NCBI GenBank assembly: GCA_002313635.1
Contig: DCBY01000027.1
Span: forward strand, 1-38,716
Source of the DNA: Fusobacteriia bacterium UBA1095
Lineage (GTDB): Bacteria; Fusobacteriota; Fusobacteriia; Bac17; UBA816
Length of the DNA: 38,716 bases
Direction of reading: 5' to 3'
Shown piece by piece: positions 27,260 to 38,716 of this stretch; within the stretch, counting starts at the first letter, position 1, and each line of letters opens with the position of its first letter. The notes below the pieces were generated by a model. It worked only from the letters and a program-made list of their open reading frames with translations, did no database searches and was not told where the DNA came from. A program made the position numbers and the translations under genes.

Positions 27260-28339
27260 ATGATATCATTGTTATTTTTGATGATGAGCTGTGGAAATAA
27301 TATGTCAACTACGGGGGTAAAGCATTCTCGCCCTGAAAATAGTTCTTTTAAAGATGAGCCTAATAATTCGAAAGACAATTTTGAAGACTATTTTGTTGAT
27401 GTAGTAGAAGATGATGTAACTTTTGCAGATTCAGATATGGATATGGAAGATGAAAGTAGTTTAGAAGAGTTTTATGTAGAAAAGAGTGATACAGAAAAAG
27501 TTGATACAGAAGGGTTTAACGAGAGAGAAGAGTTTACAGAGAGAGAAGTTGAGGTTGAGAGTGATCCACAAATTCCTGTTGAAAAATTAAGATCAGATTT
27601 AATTTTAGCCTTAAGGAAAAATAAATTTGATGAATTTGTAGATATTATCAAAATAAAAAGCTCAATCATTTATGAAAATTTTGAAGATTACGGTGGTAGC
27701 TCAGGATATAATAATATCTTGCATGTTATATGTAATACAGGAAGAATAAATGGAAGTGTATTTATGAATGTCATACACTCTTTAAGTATAGATAAATTTA
27801 AATCTATGATTCTTGAGTATAACGGTGAAGGGTTTCTCCCGGCTGACTTAGCTCTTCTTAAAGACAATACTGAATCTATTAAGTTTTTGCTAGATTTTGG
27901 CTCAATACACTTCTTTGAAGGAGAAAAAGGGATAAGCATAGATGTCCTTAGGGAGAACATTGAACGTTTTGTAAAAGGTAGAAAAACTGAGATGTTGAAT
28001 TTGATAAATAGGGCTTACTATCCACGAAGGGGCATTGCTGACGAGTTTGACAAGGTCGCTATGTTTAGAGAGAGGGACAAGAAGGGGAAAGACTTTATAT
28101 ATTATGCTGTATTAAATGGGGATATATGGATGGTGGATTACCTTTTAGGCAAAAAAGTTGATCTATCAGTTAATTATGAACCTAATATTCTAAGCACAGT
28201 AAAAAAAGACATTAAGCAGGTTAACTCAGTAAGTTCAGCATCAAAAGATGTTAAGAACAGAATATATAAGTTGATTAAAAGCAGAAGAGGAAAGCCAGAT
28301 TATTCATCGGAAGCTATATTTAAGGCGCAATTTAAATAG
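27260..28339 (+). CDS. Ankyrin-like lipoprotein, array member 5
   Basis: MISLLFLMMS-C; long acidic tether; NNILHVIC, EGFLPAD, FRERDKKGKDFIYYAVLNGDIWMVDYLL. Confidence 0.8.
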   Translation: MISLLFLMMSCGNNMSTTGVKHSRPENSSFKDEPNNSKDNFEDYFVDVVEDDVTFADSDMDMEDESSLEEFYVEKSDTEKVDTEGFNEREEFTEREVEVESDPQIPVEKLRSDLILALRKNKFDEFVDIIKIKSSIIYENFEDYGGSSGYNNILHVICNTGRINGSVFMNVIHSLSIDKFKSMILEYNGEGFLPADLALLKDNTESIKFLLDFGSIHFFEGEKGISIDVLRENIERFVKGRKTEMLNLINRAYYPRRGIADEFDKVAMFRERDKKGKDFIYYAVLNGDIWMVDYLLGKKVDLSVNYEPNILSTVKKDIKQVNSVSSASKDVKNRIYKLIKSRRGKPDYSSEAIFKAQFK

Positions 28340-28347
28340 GGGGTATT

Positions 28348-29286
28348 ATGATATTATCAATATTATTATTAAGCTGCGGTGGGGATATTTCTGGTAGCTC
28401 TACTAAGGGTATTCCTGATAGTTCTAATAGCACTTCTTATAGTGAAGTAGATGACAACAACTATGGATCTTGGGAGGAAGAAGATGTGGATAGTTTTTCT
28501 ATTCTCGAAGAGATCAGTGATACATCGAATAAAGCTAAGATAGAGAAGTTAAAATCAAGTTTGATGTCATCTATCGAAGGCAATGATGTTTTGACATTTA
28601 GTCAATTAATTGCATCAAGTGAATCCGTGATAGATGAAGAGTTTATGGATTATAATGGTAGCAAGGGTGTTAACAATTTGCTTCATGTTATTTGTAATAC
28701 TGAGGGTATAGATGGTGGTAATTTTTTAAAGGTAGTCTTATCAAATAATAGATCTAAATTTATTGATATGGTACATAAATATAGCAGTGAAGGTTTATTT
28801 CCAGCGGATCTTGCTGTTAAAGTTGGCAATTCTTCAGCTTTAAAAGTTTTTGTGGAGGAAAAGCTTATATATGTTGATGAGGGATTAAGTATGGATTTCT
28901 TTAAGAGTAATATAAAGCTTCTGGTTGATAATGGCAAAGGAGACATCTTTGATCTTGTAAATGAGGTCTACAAGCGTAGTAATGAGGACAATCCATTTAT
29001 TGAATGGGAACTATTTAGGAAGAAGGATAAGTACAAAAAAGACCCTATATATTATGCTGTATTGAATGGAGACGTAAGAATGGTTGAATACCTTATAAGT
29101 AGGAGGGTAAGCTTGTTCGAAAATTATGGAAGTTCTGTGTATGGTTTCAGAAAATTTATTCTTGATGTTTTAGAAAAATCTAGTGCTTCCAAAGAGGCTA
29201 AGAGTAAGATAAAAGCCATGATAAAAGAGGCTAAGAAGAAAAAATGGCATAAGCAAAGTGTTTTCTATACTGTAAGCGAAGAGTAA
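28348..29286 (+). CDS. Ankyrin-like lipoprotein, array member 6
   Basis: MILSILLLS-C; NNLLHVIC, EGLFPAD, FRKKDKYKKDPIYYAVLNGDVRMVEYLI. Confidence 0.8.
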   Translation: MILSILLLSCGGDISGSSTKGIPDSSNSTSYSEVDDNNYGSWEEEDVDSFSILEEISDTSNKAKIEKLKSSLMSSIEGNDVLTFSQLIASSESVIDEEFMDYNGSKGVNNLLHVICNTEGIDGGNFLKVVLSNNRSKFIDMVHKYSSEGLFPADLAVKVGNSSALKVFVEEKLIYVDEGLSMDFFKSNIKLLVDNGKGDIFDLVNEVYKRSNEDNPFIEWELFRKKDKYKKDPIYYAVLNGDVRMVEYLISRRVSLFENYGSSVYGFRKFILDVLEKSSASKEAKSKIKAMIKEAKKKKWHKQSVFYTVSEE

Positions 29287-29769
29287 ATTGGGATGGAGTA
29301 TAAAGTTAGTCTGAACGAAACTACTTTTTAAAGGATTATGTAAGATTCATGAAAATAGGTAATAGGAAGAGAATTTTTGAATATTGAAATCTAATCTTCA
29401 AGGAGGTTATCTAAAGGATTGATAAATAAGGGGTGAAAGAGTAGCAAGTTAAGGGTAGAGAAGATATCAATGCTTATAAGTGTTGGTGGGAAGTTTAGTT
29501 GATTACAGTGGGTAAAAATATTTGACTTTAGCCTTATTATATTTGATTTTGCGAGGATGATAGTCTTATTTAGATAAAAAGCTTGTTTAGGGAGAGAGTA
29601 AGGAAAGAGAAATTAAATAATAAGGGTAAGAACACTTGTCAAAAGTCTAAATTTTTCAAAAAAGAGATGGAAGAAAATATGTTAGGGTAGACTTTGGGCG
29701 AAAAAAGAAAGAGGGTAGGATTTAGCCTTATGAAGAATAAGGTTTGACATATTTAACAAAAATTTATCC

Positions 29770-29799
29770 TTGACAAATCTTAGGATACAGGGCTAAAAT
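29770..29799 (+). promoter_or_regulatory. Sigma-70 promoter of the hrcA-dnaK operon
   Basis: TTGACA (29770-75)-18 nt-TAAAAT (29794-99). Confidence 0.7.
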
Positions 29800-29802
29800 T
29801 TG

Positions 29803-29829
29803 TTAGCACTCAATTGCAAGTAGTGCTAA
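29803..29829 (+). promoter_or_regulatory. CIRCE operator (HrcA binding site)
   Basis: TTAGCACTC-AATTGCAAG-TAGTGCTAA, one mismatch to TTAGCACTC-N9-GAGTGCTAA, immediately upstream of hrcA. Confidence 0.93.
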
Positions 29830-29839
29830 AGAGGTTGTT

Positions 29840-30812
29840 ATGATCTTAGGTTTGAGAGAACAAAAAATATTAGCGTCTATAATAGACTTTCATCTTAAAA
29901 GTGGAGAGTCTGTAGGGTCTAGGACCCTGGCTAAGCTTTATGATATAAATTTATCTCCAGCAACTATCAGAAATGTTATGTCTGATTTGGAGGAGTTTGG
30001 CTATATAGAGAAGGTTCACTCTTCATCTGGAAGAGCACCTACGAATAAAGGCTATAAATTTTATATAGACTCCTTGTTGGAGATACAAAGGATTTCTCAA
30101 AGGGAGCTGTTAGCTATAAGAAAAATGAAAAATTTAGAATTGTCTAACAGTGCTAAACTTCTTGCGAGTATGACCTCGCATACTAGTTTTGCTTTAGAGC
30201 CAAACATCTTGAGAGAGCGTCTAGATAAGGTTGAGCTTGTGTATATAAATAGTAGAAGCTTTCTAGCCGTGGTTGTTACAGGAAGCTCTGTTAAGACAAA
30301 GCATATAACCTTAACTAGAGAGATCAAAGAAGAAGATCTACGTAATTTGTCCTTTTATCTGAATTCAGTTTTTAAAGGTCAAATATTAGAAGATATAGAG
30401 ATATCTTCAGAAGTTTCTCCTTTAAGAGGAGAGACAGTTCTATTACAAAACTTTCTTACTCAGATAGAGAGTAATATTCATATTGAAGGAAGCGAAAGTG
30501 TAATAGACTATTTGGCTAAAAGCAATGCGGATCTCTCTTCATATAGAGTATTTAATGCAAAAGAAGAGATGAAAAGTTTTTTGGAGGCCCTTGCTGACAA
30601 GAGTGAAAAAGATAAGGTGAATATAGTTTTAGGTGACGACTTAGATAGCGAAAAACTAAAAGGATTAAGTTTTATCTTTTCTACTTACAATAAAGGGTCT
30701 TCCAAAGGAATGATCGGAATAGTAGGCCCTAAGAGAATGCAGTATGGTAAGATTGCAGGAGTTGTTGAGGGAGTAGTAAACTACTTCGGAAAATCATCGA
30801 AAGGGAGAGAGG

Positions 30813-30826
<14 letters not shown>
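29840..30826 (+). CDS. hrcA: Heat-inducible transcription repressor HrcA
   Basis: VGSRTL, LSPATIRNVMSDLEE.GY....HSSSGR.PT..GY.FY, GIVGPKRM.Y. Confidence 0.96.
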
Positions 30827-33101
<2,275 letters not shown>

Positions 33102-33102
<1 letters not shown>

Positions 33103-34181
33103 TGGATTATTACTCAGTATTAGGAGTGGATAAAAACTCTTCTCAGGGTGAGATCAAAAAAGCCTATAGGAAATTGGCTATGAAGTATCATCCTGATAAG
33201 AATCCAGGAGATAAAGAGGCTGAAACCAAGTTTAAAGAGGTGAGTGAGGCCTATTCTGTACTTTCTGATGAAAGTAAGAGGGCGAACTATGATAATATGG
33301 GGCATTCAGCCTTCACTAGCTCTGGCGGTGGAACAGGATTTGAAGGCTTTTCAGCTGAAGATATCTTTAGCAACTTTGGAGATATATTTGGTGACATCTT
33401 TTCTCAACATGCTCCTAAGCAGAGAGGGGCAGATATAAGGTATGACCTATCTGTAACTTTAGAAGAAGTCGCCATGGGTGCTGCAAAAGATGTCAAGTAT
33501 GAGAGGCTTGGCAACTGTAAAGCCTGTGGAGGAAGCGGTGCAGAAGACAAAAAAATGACAAAATGCTCTGAGTGTAACGGAAGAGGCCAAATAAAGAAAG
33601 TTTCTAGAAGCTTTTTTGGCCAGTTTGTAAGCACCTCCATCTGTCCTAGATGTAGAGGTAAAGGAGAGATTCCCGTTAAAGAGTGTAGAGTCTGTGCTGG
33701 AATGGGTAGGAATATAGAGATGGTAAACACCAAAATAAATATTCCAAAAGGTATCAGCAATGGTGCTAGAATAAGGGTAGGAGGCTATGGTGAATGCTCA
33801 GAGAATGGTCCTCCTGGAGATCTGTATATATTTATAAAGGTGCTCCCTCACAAGCACTTTGAGAGAGATGGCAAAAACATAAAAATAAAAGTTCCCATAA
33901 CGTTTGTTGAAGCGTCTCTGGGTGCTACAATTGATGTCCCTACACTTCATGGTAAGGTTTCAATGAAAATTCCTCCAAATAGTGATAGCGGGAAAAAATT
34001 TAGGTTAAAGGGTAAAGGGATAGGATCTTCCTCTTATTCTACCGGAGATCAAATAGTTGAGGTAAAGATAGTTACACCTGATACCTTGAATGCTAAGGAA
34101 AAAGAGCTGTTAACAAAGTTAAATAGCCTTATAGAGAAAAGTAATAAGGAGATAAATAAATTTAGAAGAGAGCTAGACTAG
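33102..34181 (+). CDS. dnaJ: Chaperone DnaJ
   Basis: J-domain HPD, G/F region, four CxxCxGxG repeats. Confidence 0.98.
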
Positions 34182-34197
34182 ATGTCTAGCTCTCTTT
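34166..34197 (+). terminator. 13-bp hairpin overlapping the dnaJ stop codon
   Basis: AAGAGAGCTAGAC-TAGAT-GTCTAGCTCTCTT with a short T-tail. Confidence 0.7.
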
Positions 34198-34216
34198 GTA
34201 GTATAATCTTTGAAGT

Positions 34217-35062
34217 ATGAAAGAGTTTGTCAATAAGTTACAGGGGGAAAAGTTCATACTTTTTCTCAATAATCTAACTTTCACCAATGTACCAAGAGTC
34301 CTAGATAGTGAATTTAGGGAGACTGTTGCGAAGATAGAGGATAGTGCAGAAGTAGCTGATGAGTTGGTTGTTTTAATTAAGCATGGCGACGTGAAACTTT
34401 ATCTTTTTATTAAACCTCCTTATTCTAAAGTGAAAAGTAAGATTTCTTATTGGGATCAAGAAATATCAGGTATTTCAAAGGTAATAAACCCTCTTAATGT
34501 TCTAAGAGTGTATGCAAGGAACATAGTCCATGATTTTAGAGGCAGTATAAATATAATAGCTTCTCTGTTTAAGTTTATTGAAAATGATGTGAAAGAAGTA
34601 AAGAAAGAGATAAGAGACTCCATAAGTGAAGCTAGAGACCATATAGAAAGTAACTTGGCATTTGTTGGATTGGGTAGGCCAAAAGAGTTAGCTAAAGAGG
34701 AGTTAGTGAGCATATTGAGGTGTGAACTAACAAAGTACTTTAATATCTCTTTTAGTCTAAATGTAGACGTGAAAAGAGAGGTTGAGATTTCAGATAGAGT
34801 ATTCAGAAATTCTTTGTTAATTTTACTAAATCAACTTTTTAATAACTACCAATTTGAAGATGCTTTGGTAAGCTTGAAAGCCCCTTTAGGTAAATTGGTA
34901 TTAAGGCTTGATTTTGATGGAAGAATAAATAACATAAATGACTTGTTGTTTTTAGAAAACAACAGTCCGCTTCATAGTTTAGGGTTCTTAAGACTTGTCT
35001 GTGATAATATTATTTTAGTTAACTCTGAAAAGTCAACAGTAGTATTGGAATGGTTAGAATAG
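34217..35062 (+). CDS. Degenerate histidine-kinase-like protein (H-box present, ATP-binding boxes eroded)
   Basis: RNIVHDFRGSINII H-box-like; LLILLNQLFNN N-box-like; SLGFLRLV G2-like remnant; no TM segment. Confidence 0.45.
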   Translation: MKEFVNKLQGEKFILFLNNLTFTNVPRVLDSEFRETVAKIEDSAEVADELVVLIKHGDVKLYLFIKPPYSKVKSKISYWDQEISGISKVINPLNVLRVYARNIVHDFRGSINIIASLFKFIENDVKEVKKEIRDSISEARDHIESNLAFVGLGRPKELAKEELVSILRCELTKYFNISFSLNVDVKREVEISDRVFRNSLLILLNQLFNNYQFEDALVSLKAPLGKLVLRLDFDGRINNINDLLFLENNSPLHSLGFLRLVCDNIILVNSEKSTVVLEWLE

Positions 35063-35063
35063 A

Positions 35064-35684
35064 ATGAATGATCTGTATAAATCATTAAAAGATAGAATAA
35101 CTAATAGATTACAGGAGTTTGAAGAATTATGGTCAAATGGTGATAATAAGCACGCATTCACGGAGTTGGCTTTTTGCATATTTACACCTCAGTCTAGTGC
35201 AAAAGCGTGTTGGGATGCTATTTTAAGGCTCAAAGAAAAAGGGCTACTGTTCAAAGGGAGACCAGAAGAGTTAGTTCCTGAGATGAAAAGAGTCAGGTTT
35301 AGTAGAAAAAAATCTGAATTTCTAGTTCTAGCTAGGGAAAATTTCTATAATTCATTTAATTTAAAGGACAAAATAGAGAGTTTTAGCGATAGTTATCAAA
35401 GAAGAGAATGGTTAGTAAAGAATGTTAAGGGGTATGGCTACAAGGAAGCTTCTCATTTTTTAAGAAATGTGGGTTTTGCTGAAAATTTGGCTATACTTGA
35501 CAGGCATATATTAAAAAATCTGGTTAAAAACAAAGTCATAGATGAAGTTCCCAAAAGTATGACTAAGTCTGTGTATTTGGGTATAGAGAAGAAGATGCAA
35601 CAATTTGCCTTGGAACAAGATATTAGGATGGATCATCTGGACTTTCTTTTTTGGTATATGGAAGCCAAAGATATATTTAAATAA
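35064..35684 (+). CDS. ogg: 8-oxoguanine DNA glycosylase/AP lyase (Ogg2, archaeal-type family)
   Basis: ELAFCIFTPQSSA, HhH VKGYGYKEASHFLRNVG, LAILDRHIL, C-terminal Lys. Confidence 0.9.
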   Translation: MNDLYKSLKDRITNRLQEFEELWSNGDNKHAFTELAFCIFTPQSSAKACWDAILRLKEKGLLFKGRPEELVPEMKRVRFSRKKSEFLVLARENFYNSFNLKDKIESFSDSYQRREWLVKNVKGYGYKEASHFLRNVGFAENLAILDRHILKNLVKNKVIDEVPKSMTKSVYLGIEKKMQQFALEQDIRMDHLDFLFWYMEAKDIFK

Positions 35685-35778
35685 CGTCTAAAAAATATTA
35701 AATAGAGTATCGTTTGAAATTTCTTTTTTATTTGTGATATAATTTCTTATAAACAAAATTTTTATTAAGGAGAAGAAA

Positions 35779-36666
35779 ATGAATTTCATATTTTTGTTAA
35801 TGTTGGCAGCTTGCTTAAAAGTAGATGGAAAAAGAAATAAAGAATCAGAAACTACAGCTACAGATCCACAAAATGACACTCCTGGAGGGGAAGAAGAAGG
35901 AAATGGAAGATCTCCCTTGGACATAAATCCAAAAGGACCAAAGCCAGGAGGACCCGTACCTGAGGACCCAAAAGGGCCAAAGGAACCAAGACCAGAGGGA
36001 CCTGTACCTAAAGATCCAGAAGAGCCAAAAGGACCTGAAGATCCAAATGATACTAATATTGATGGAACAAATTCAGATGATGACGACAAAGCTGATGCAA
36101 GTGATGCTGATGGAACGGATTTAGATGATGGTGGCAAAACTGATGCAAGTGATGCTGATGGAACAGATTCAGGTGATGACGACAGAGCTGATGCAAGTGA
36201 TGCTGATGGAACGGATTTAGATGATGGTGGCGAAACTGATGCAAGTGTAACCGATGCCAATGATGGTAGAGTGAATTCAGGTAGTGCTGGCGGAAATGAT
36301 GACATTGCTAATGAATCTGATTTGAGTATGAATTTGCATAATAGTAGTGGCTTTGATACAGATGCCGCTTGTGACTCAAGTTTTGATTTAGGCTTAGGCG
36401 AAGAAGGTAGTCAAGAGTATGAAAGGAATTTGGTTTCAACAGTAATTAATAAAATAAATGAACTTGATAGCCATTCCTCCAAAAGTGAGGTTAGAAAAGA
36501 GTTGATAAATCTTTTCTCTCAAATAAAGTATGATTACTTGCCTACGCTTTCTGTATCATTAAGTGGATCCGCAAAACAGACTTTGAAAAGAGTTTTAGAT
36601 ACTTCTGGTCTAAGTTCTAAATCTAGTACAAGGAAGAAAATAAAAGATATAATAAAAGATATATAG
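35779..36666 (+). CDS. Lipoprotein with Pro/Gly-rich and Asp-rich tandem repeats
   Basis: MNFIFLLMLAA-C, SD AAGGAG, upstream TGaTATAAT; repeats then a helical C-terminal domain. Confidence 0.75.
   Translation: MNFIFLLMLAACLKVDGKRNKESETTATDPQNDTPGGEEEGNGRSPLDINPKGPKPGGPVPEDPKGPKEPRPEGPVPKDPEEPKGPEDPNDTNIDGTNSDDDDKADASDADGTDLDDGGKTDASDADGTDSGDDDRADASDADGTDLDDGGETDASVTDANDGRVNSGSAGGNDDIANESDLSMNLHNSSGFDTDAACDSSFDLGLGEEGSQEYERNLVSTVINKINELDSHSSKSEVRKELINLFSQIKYDYLPTLSVSLSGSAKQTLKRVLDTSGLSSKSSTRKKIKDIIKDI
35929..36045 (+). repeat. Pro-rich degenerate repeats (PKGP/GPVP)
   Basis: PKGPKPGGPVPEDPKGPKEPRPEGPVPKDPEEPKGPEDP. Confidence 0.75.
36061..36252 (+). repeat. Four 48-nt tandem units in ABAB order (96-nt higher-order repeat)
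   Basis: DGTNSDDDDKADASDA / DGTDLDDGGKTDASDA / DGTDSGDDDRADASDA / DGTDLDDGGETDASVT; core CTGATGCAAGTG conserved in all four. Confidence 0.92.
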
Positions 36667-36702
36667 TGAATTTGCTCACTTTGCTAGTTATAAAATATAG
36701 TT

Positions 36703-36736
36703 TCAGCCAATACAGTTAAGTGTTGGCTGATTTTTT
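36703..36736 (+). terminator. Intrinsic terminator
   Basis: TCAGCCAATAC-AGTTAA-GTGTTGGCTGA-TTTTTT. Confidence 0.85.
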
Positions 36737-36776
36737 GTCTGGGTGTGACCATATCTTTGTGTTAAAATGTAACCAT

Positions 36777-38087
36777 ATGAAAAAAGCAGCAATTTTAACT
36801 TTTGGTTGTCAGATGAATATTAATGATAGTGCTAAAATGAAGTCGGTGCTATCAAAGATGGGGTATTCTTTTGTAGACAGAGAAGATAATGCAGATCTTA
36901 TTATTATGAATACTTGTACTGTAAGACAAGGAGCAGCTGATAGAGTTTATGCACGGCTTTCTCAAATGAAGAATCTTAAAAAAAAGAACCCCAACCTTAT
37001 AATAGGTATTGCAGGGTGCCTAGCTCAAGAGAAGAAAGAGATAATAATAGATAAAAGTCCCCACACTGATTTTGTGCTAGGTAACCAGAATATACACAGA
37101 TTAGCAGAAGTTGTAAAAAGAATAGAAAATAAAGAAGAGAACCATGTAATATTGACTTCAGATTTGGATGAGGTACCTCCTAGGATAGACACTAATTTTT
37201 CTAATGTTACGGCATATGTCTCTATAACATATGGGTGTAGTAATAAGTGTTCTTACTGTATAGTTCCTTATGTTAGAGGTAAGCTAAGGAGTGTGCCCAT
37301 AGATGAGGTTGTTGAAGAAGTCAGAGATTATCTAGCGAAAGGCTACAAAGAGATCATTTTAGTTGGACAGAACGTTAATTCCTACGGAAAAGATTTAAAA
37401 GATGCCTCTTTTGCTGAGCTTTTGAATAGAGTAGCGAGCATAGAAGGTAAGTTTAGAATAAGGTTTGTTTCTCCTCACCCAGCTGAATTTAAGCAAGATG
37501 TTGTAGACACAATAGCTAAATATGATAAGATATGTAAGTCAATTCATTTTCCCCTTCAATCGGGGTCTTCTAGAATTTTAAAGATGATGTATAGAAATCA
37601 CACAAAGGACAGGTTTCTTTTTTGGGTAGAGAGACTAAGAAATAAGATTCCTGGATTAGCTATAACAACTGATATAATAGTTGGCTTTCCGGGAGAGACA
37701 GAAGATGATTTTCAAGATACTCTAGATGTTGTAAGGAAGTCAGAATTTGACAACTCTTATATGTACATGTACTCAAAGCGTGAATGGACACCCGCTGCAG
37801 TTATGCAGAATCAAATTCCCAGTGAAGTTAAGCTTGATAGATTAAAGAGGCTAATAAATGTTCAAAACGAAGTTAGCAAAAAGGAGAGCTCAAGATATTT
37901 GGGCACTATTCAAGAAGTTTTGGTTGAAGGCCCTAGTCAAAAGGACCCAAATGTCTTGGTAGGTAGGAGTGATGCTAACAAAGTTGTTCATTTTAAAGGG
38001 GATGATGACTTGGTAGGTAAGTTTGTGAAAATTAAAATAAGTGATACTAAAACGTGGACACTTTATGGAGAGATTTATGGATCATAA
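36777..38087 (+). CDS. miaB: tRNA-2-methylthio-N6-dimethylallyladenosine synthase
   Basis: TFGCQMN..DS, NTCTVR, GCLAQ, radical SAM CSNKCSYC, DIIVGFPGET, C-terminal TRAM domain. Confidence 0.96.
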   Translation: MKKAAILTFGCQMNINDSAKMKSVLSKMGYSFVDREDNADLIIMNTCTVRQGAADRVYARLSQMKNLKKKNPNLIIGIAGCLAQEKKEIIIDKSPHTDFVLGNQNIHRLAEVVKRIENKEENHVILTSDLDEVPPRIDTNFSNVTAYVSITYGCSNKCSYCIVPYVRGKLRSVPIDEVVEEVRDYLAKGYKEIILVGQNVNSYGKDLKDASFAELLNRVASIEGKFRIRFVSPHPAEFKQDVVDTIAKYDKICKSIHFPLQSGSSRILKMMYRNHTKDRFLFWVERLRNKIPGLAITTDIIVGFPGETEDDFQDTLDVVRKSEFDNSYMYMYSKREWTPAAVMQNQIPSEVKLDRLKRLINVQNEVSKKESSRYLGTIQEVLVEGPSQKDPNVLVGRSDANKVVHFKGDDDLVGKFVKIKISDTKTWTLYGEIYGS

Positions 38088-38716
38088 TAAGCTATTGAAA
38101 AAAAGTGCTAGTGATGTTAAAAAATTGGCTACAAAGTATGGTGTAGACCTAAAATCAGATTATCCCTTAAGTCAGATACTACTAGCTGACTATGAGAAGT
38201 CTAAATCTAAGAAAACAGACTCAAAAGCAACCGGGAAGAAAGATATAATAGGTGCAGGTGAATTAGAAATAATGCCAGAAGGGTATGGCTTTTTGAGGAA
38301 CAGTACAGTCGTTAACGACATATATGTATCTTCATCACAAATAAAAAAATTGGGTCTTAGAAATTCTGATTATGTAATTTCAAAGATAAGAGAGCCGCTT
38401 TCTTCAGAAAAAAATTATGCTATACTAGAAGCTATTTTAATTAATGATAATCCTATAGATAAGTCTAAGAGCAGGAAAAAGTTTGATGATCTTGCTCCTC
38501 ATTACCCAGATCAGAAGATAAAATTAGGAGAGAGCATATCTTGTAGGATGATCGAAATGATAGCTCCCATAGGTAGAGGGCAGAGAGCTCTGATAGTAGC
38601 TCCTCCAAAAGCTGGTAAGACAGTTTTGATTTCTGAAATAGCAAATGGGATCTTGAAAAGTAATGAAGATGTAGAAGTATGGGTTTTGCTGGTAGATGAA
38701 AGACCTGAAGAGGTTA
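38077..38716 (+). CDS. rho: Transcription termination factor Rho, 5' part (runs off the window)
   Basis: GELEIMPEGYGFLR, DIYVSSSQIKK, APIGRGQRALIVAPPKAGKT, LLVDERPEEV; absent from the ORF track. Confidence 0.96.
   Translation, partial: MDHNKLLKKSASDVKKLATKYGVDLKSDYPLSQILLADYEKSKSKKTDSKATGKKDIIGAGELEIMPEGYGFLRNSTVVNDIYVSSSQIKKLGLRNSDYVISKIREPLSSEKNYAILEAILINDNPIDKSKSRKKFDDLAPHYPDQKIKLGESISCRMIEMIAPIGRGQRALIVAPPKAGKTVLISEIANGILKSNEDVEVWVLLVDERPEEV

Noticed and set aside
29744-29749. Second TTGACA upstream of hrcA
   Set aside because: No -10 element at 16-18 nt spacing
36061-36252. Regular repeats as a possible CRISPR array
   Set aside because: In-frame 48-nt coding units; the intervening parts are themselves repeated; no cas genes
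35688-36305. 205-aa minus-strand Ser/Pro-rich ORF and the overlapping His-rich ORF 36053..36244
   Set aside because: Antisense shadows of the repeat-rich lipoprotein; the + strand gene has the promoter, SD, lipobox and terminator

Overview
AT-rich, gene-dense bacterial chromosomal segment, almost entirely + strand, with compact housekeeping genes: pheT, polA, whiA, rsmH, trmB, rpmE, tsaE/tsaB/tsaD, rpmF, rnc, radA, tRNA-Leu(GAG), two MFS transporters, hinT, ychF, a short sigma-70, ruvC, rplM-rpsI, CIRCE-hrcA-grpE-dnaK-dnaJ, ogg, miaB and partial rho. A DnaK lacking the diderm insert, together with WhiA, Rho and a probable outer-membrane beta-barrel, suggests a streamlined Fusobacteriota-like organism (inference). 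Twelve lineage-specific predicted lipoproteins are interspersed, nine of them ankyrin-like, including a six-gene tandem paralog array. Main observations: (1) all 12 have ultra-short, uncharged signal peptides (Cys at residue 9-15). (2) The three ankyrin-lipoprotein loci share a non-standard promoter-like motif TTG-N19/20-CAWACT preceded by TAn, unlike the TGnTAnAAT of housekeeping genes, and a divergent sigma-70 with matching region 2.4/3.0 substitutions lies in the window. (3) Several genes, including three RNA-modification genes, look leaderless. (4) A ~24-bp hairpin precedes rnc. (5) tsaE seems to lack a canonical start codon. (6) A pseudo-histidine kinase follows dnaJ. No CRISPR array, IS element or prophage was seen.
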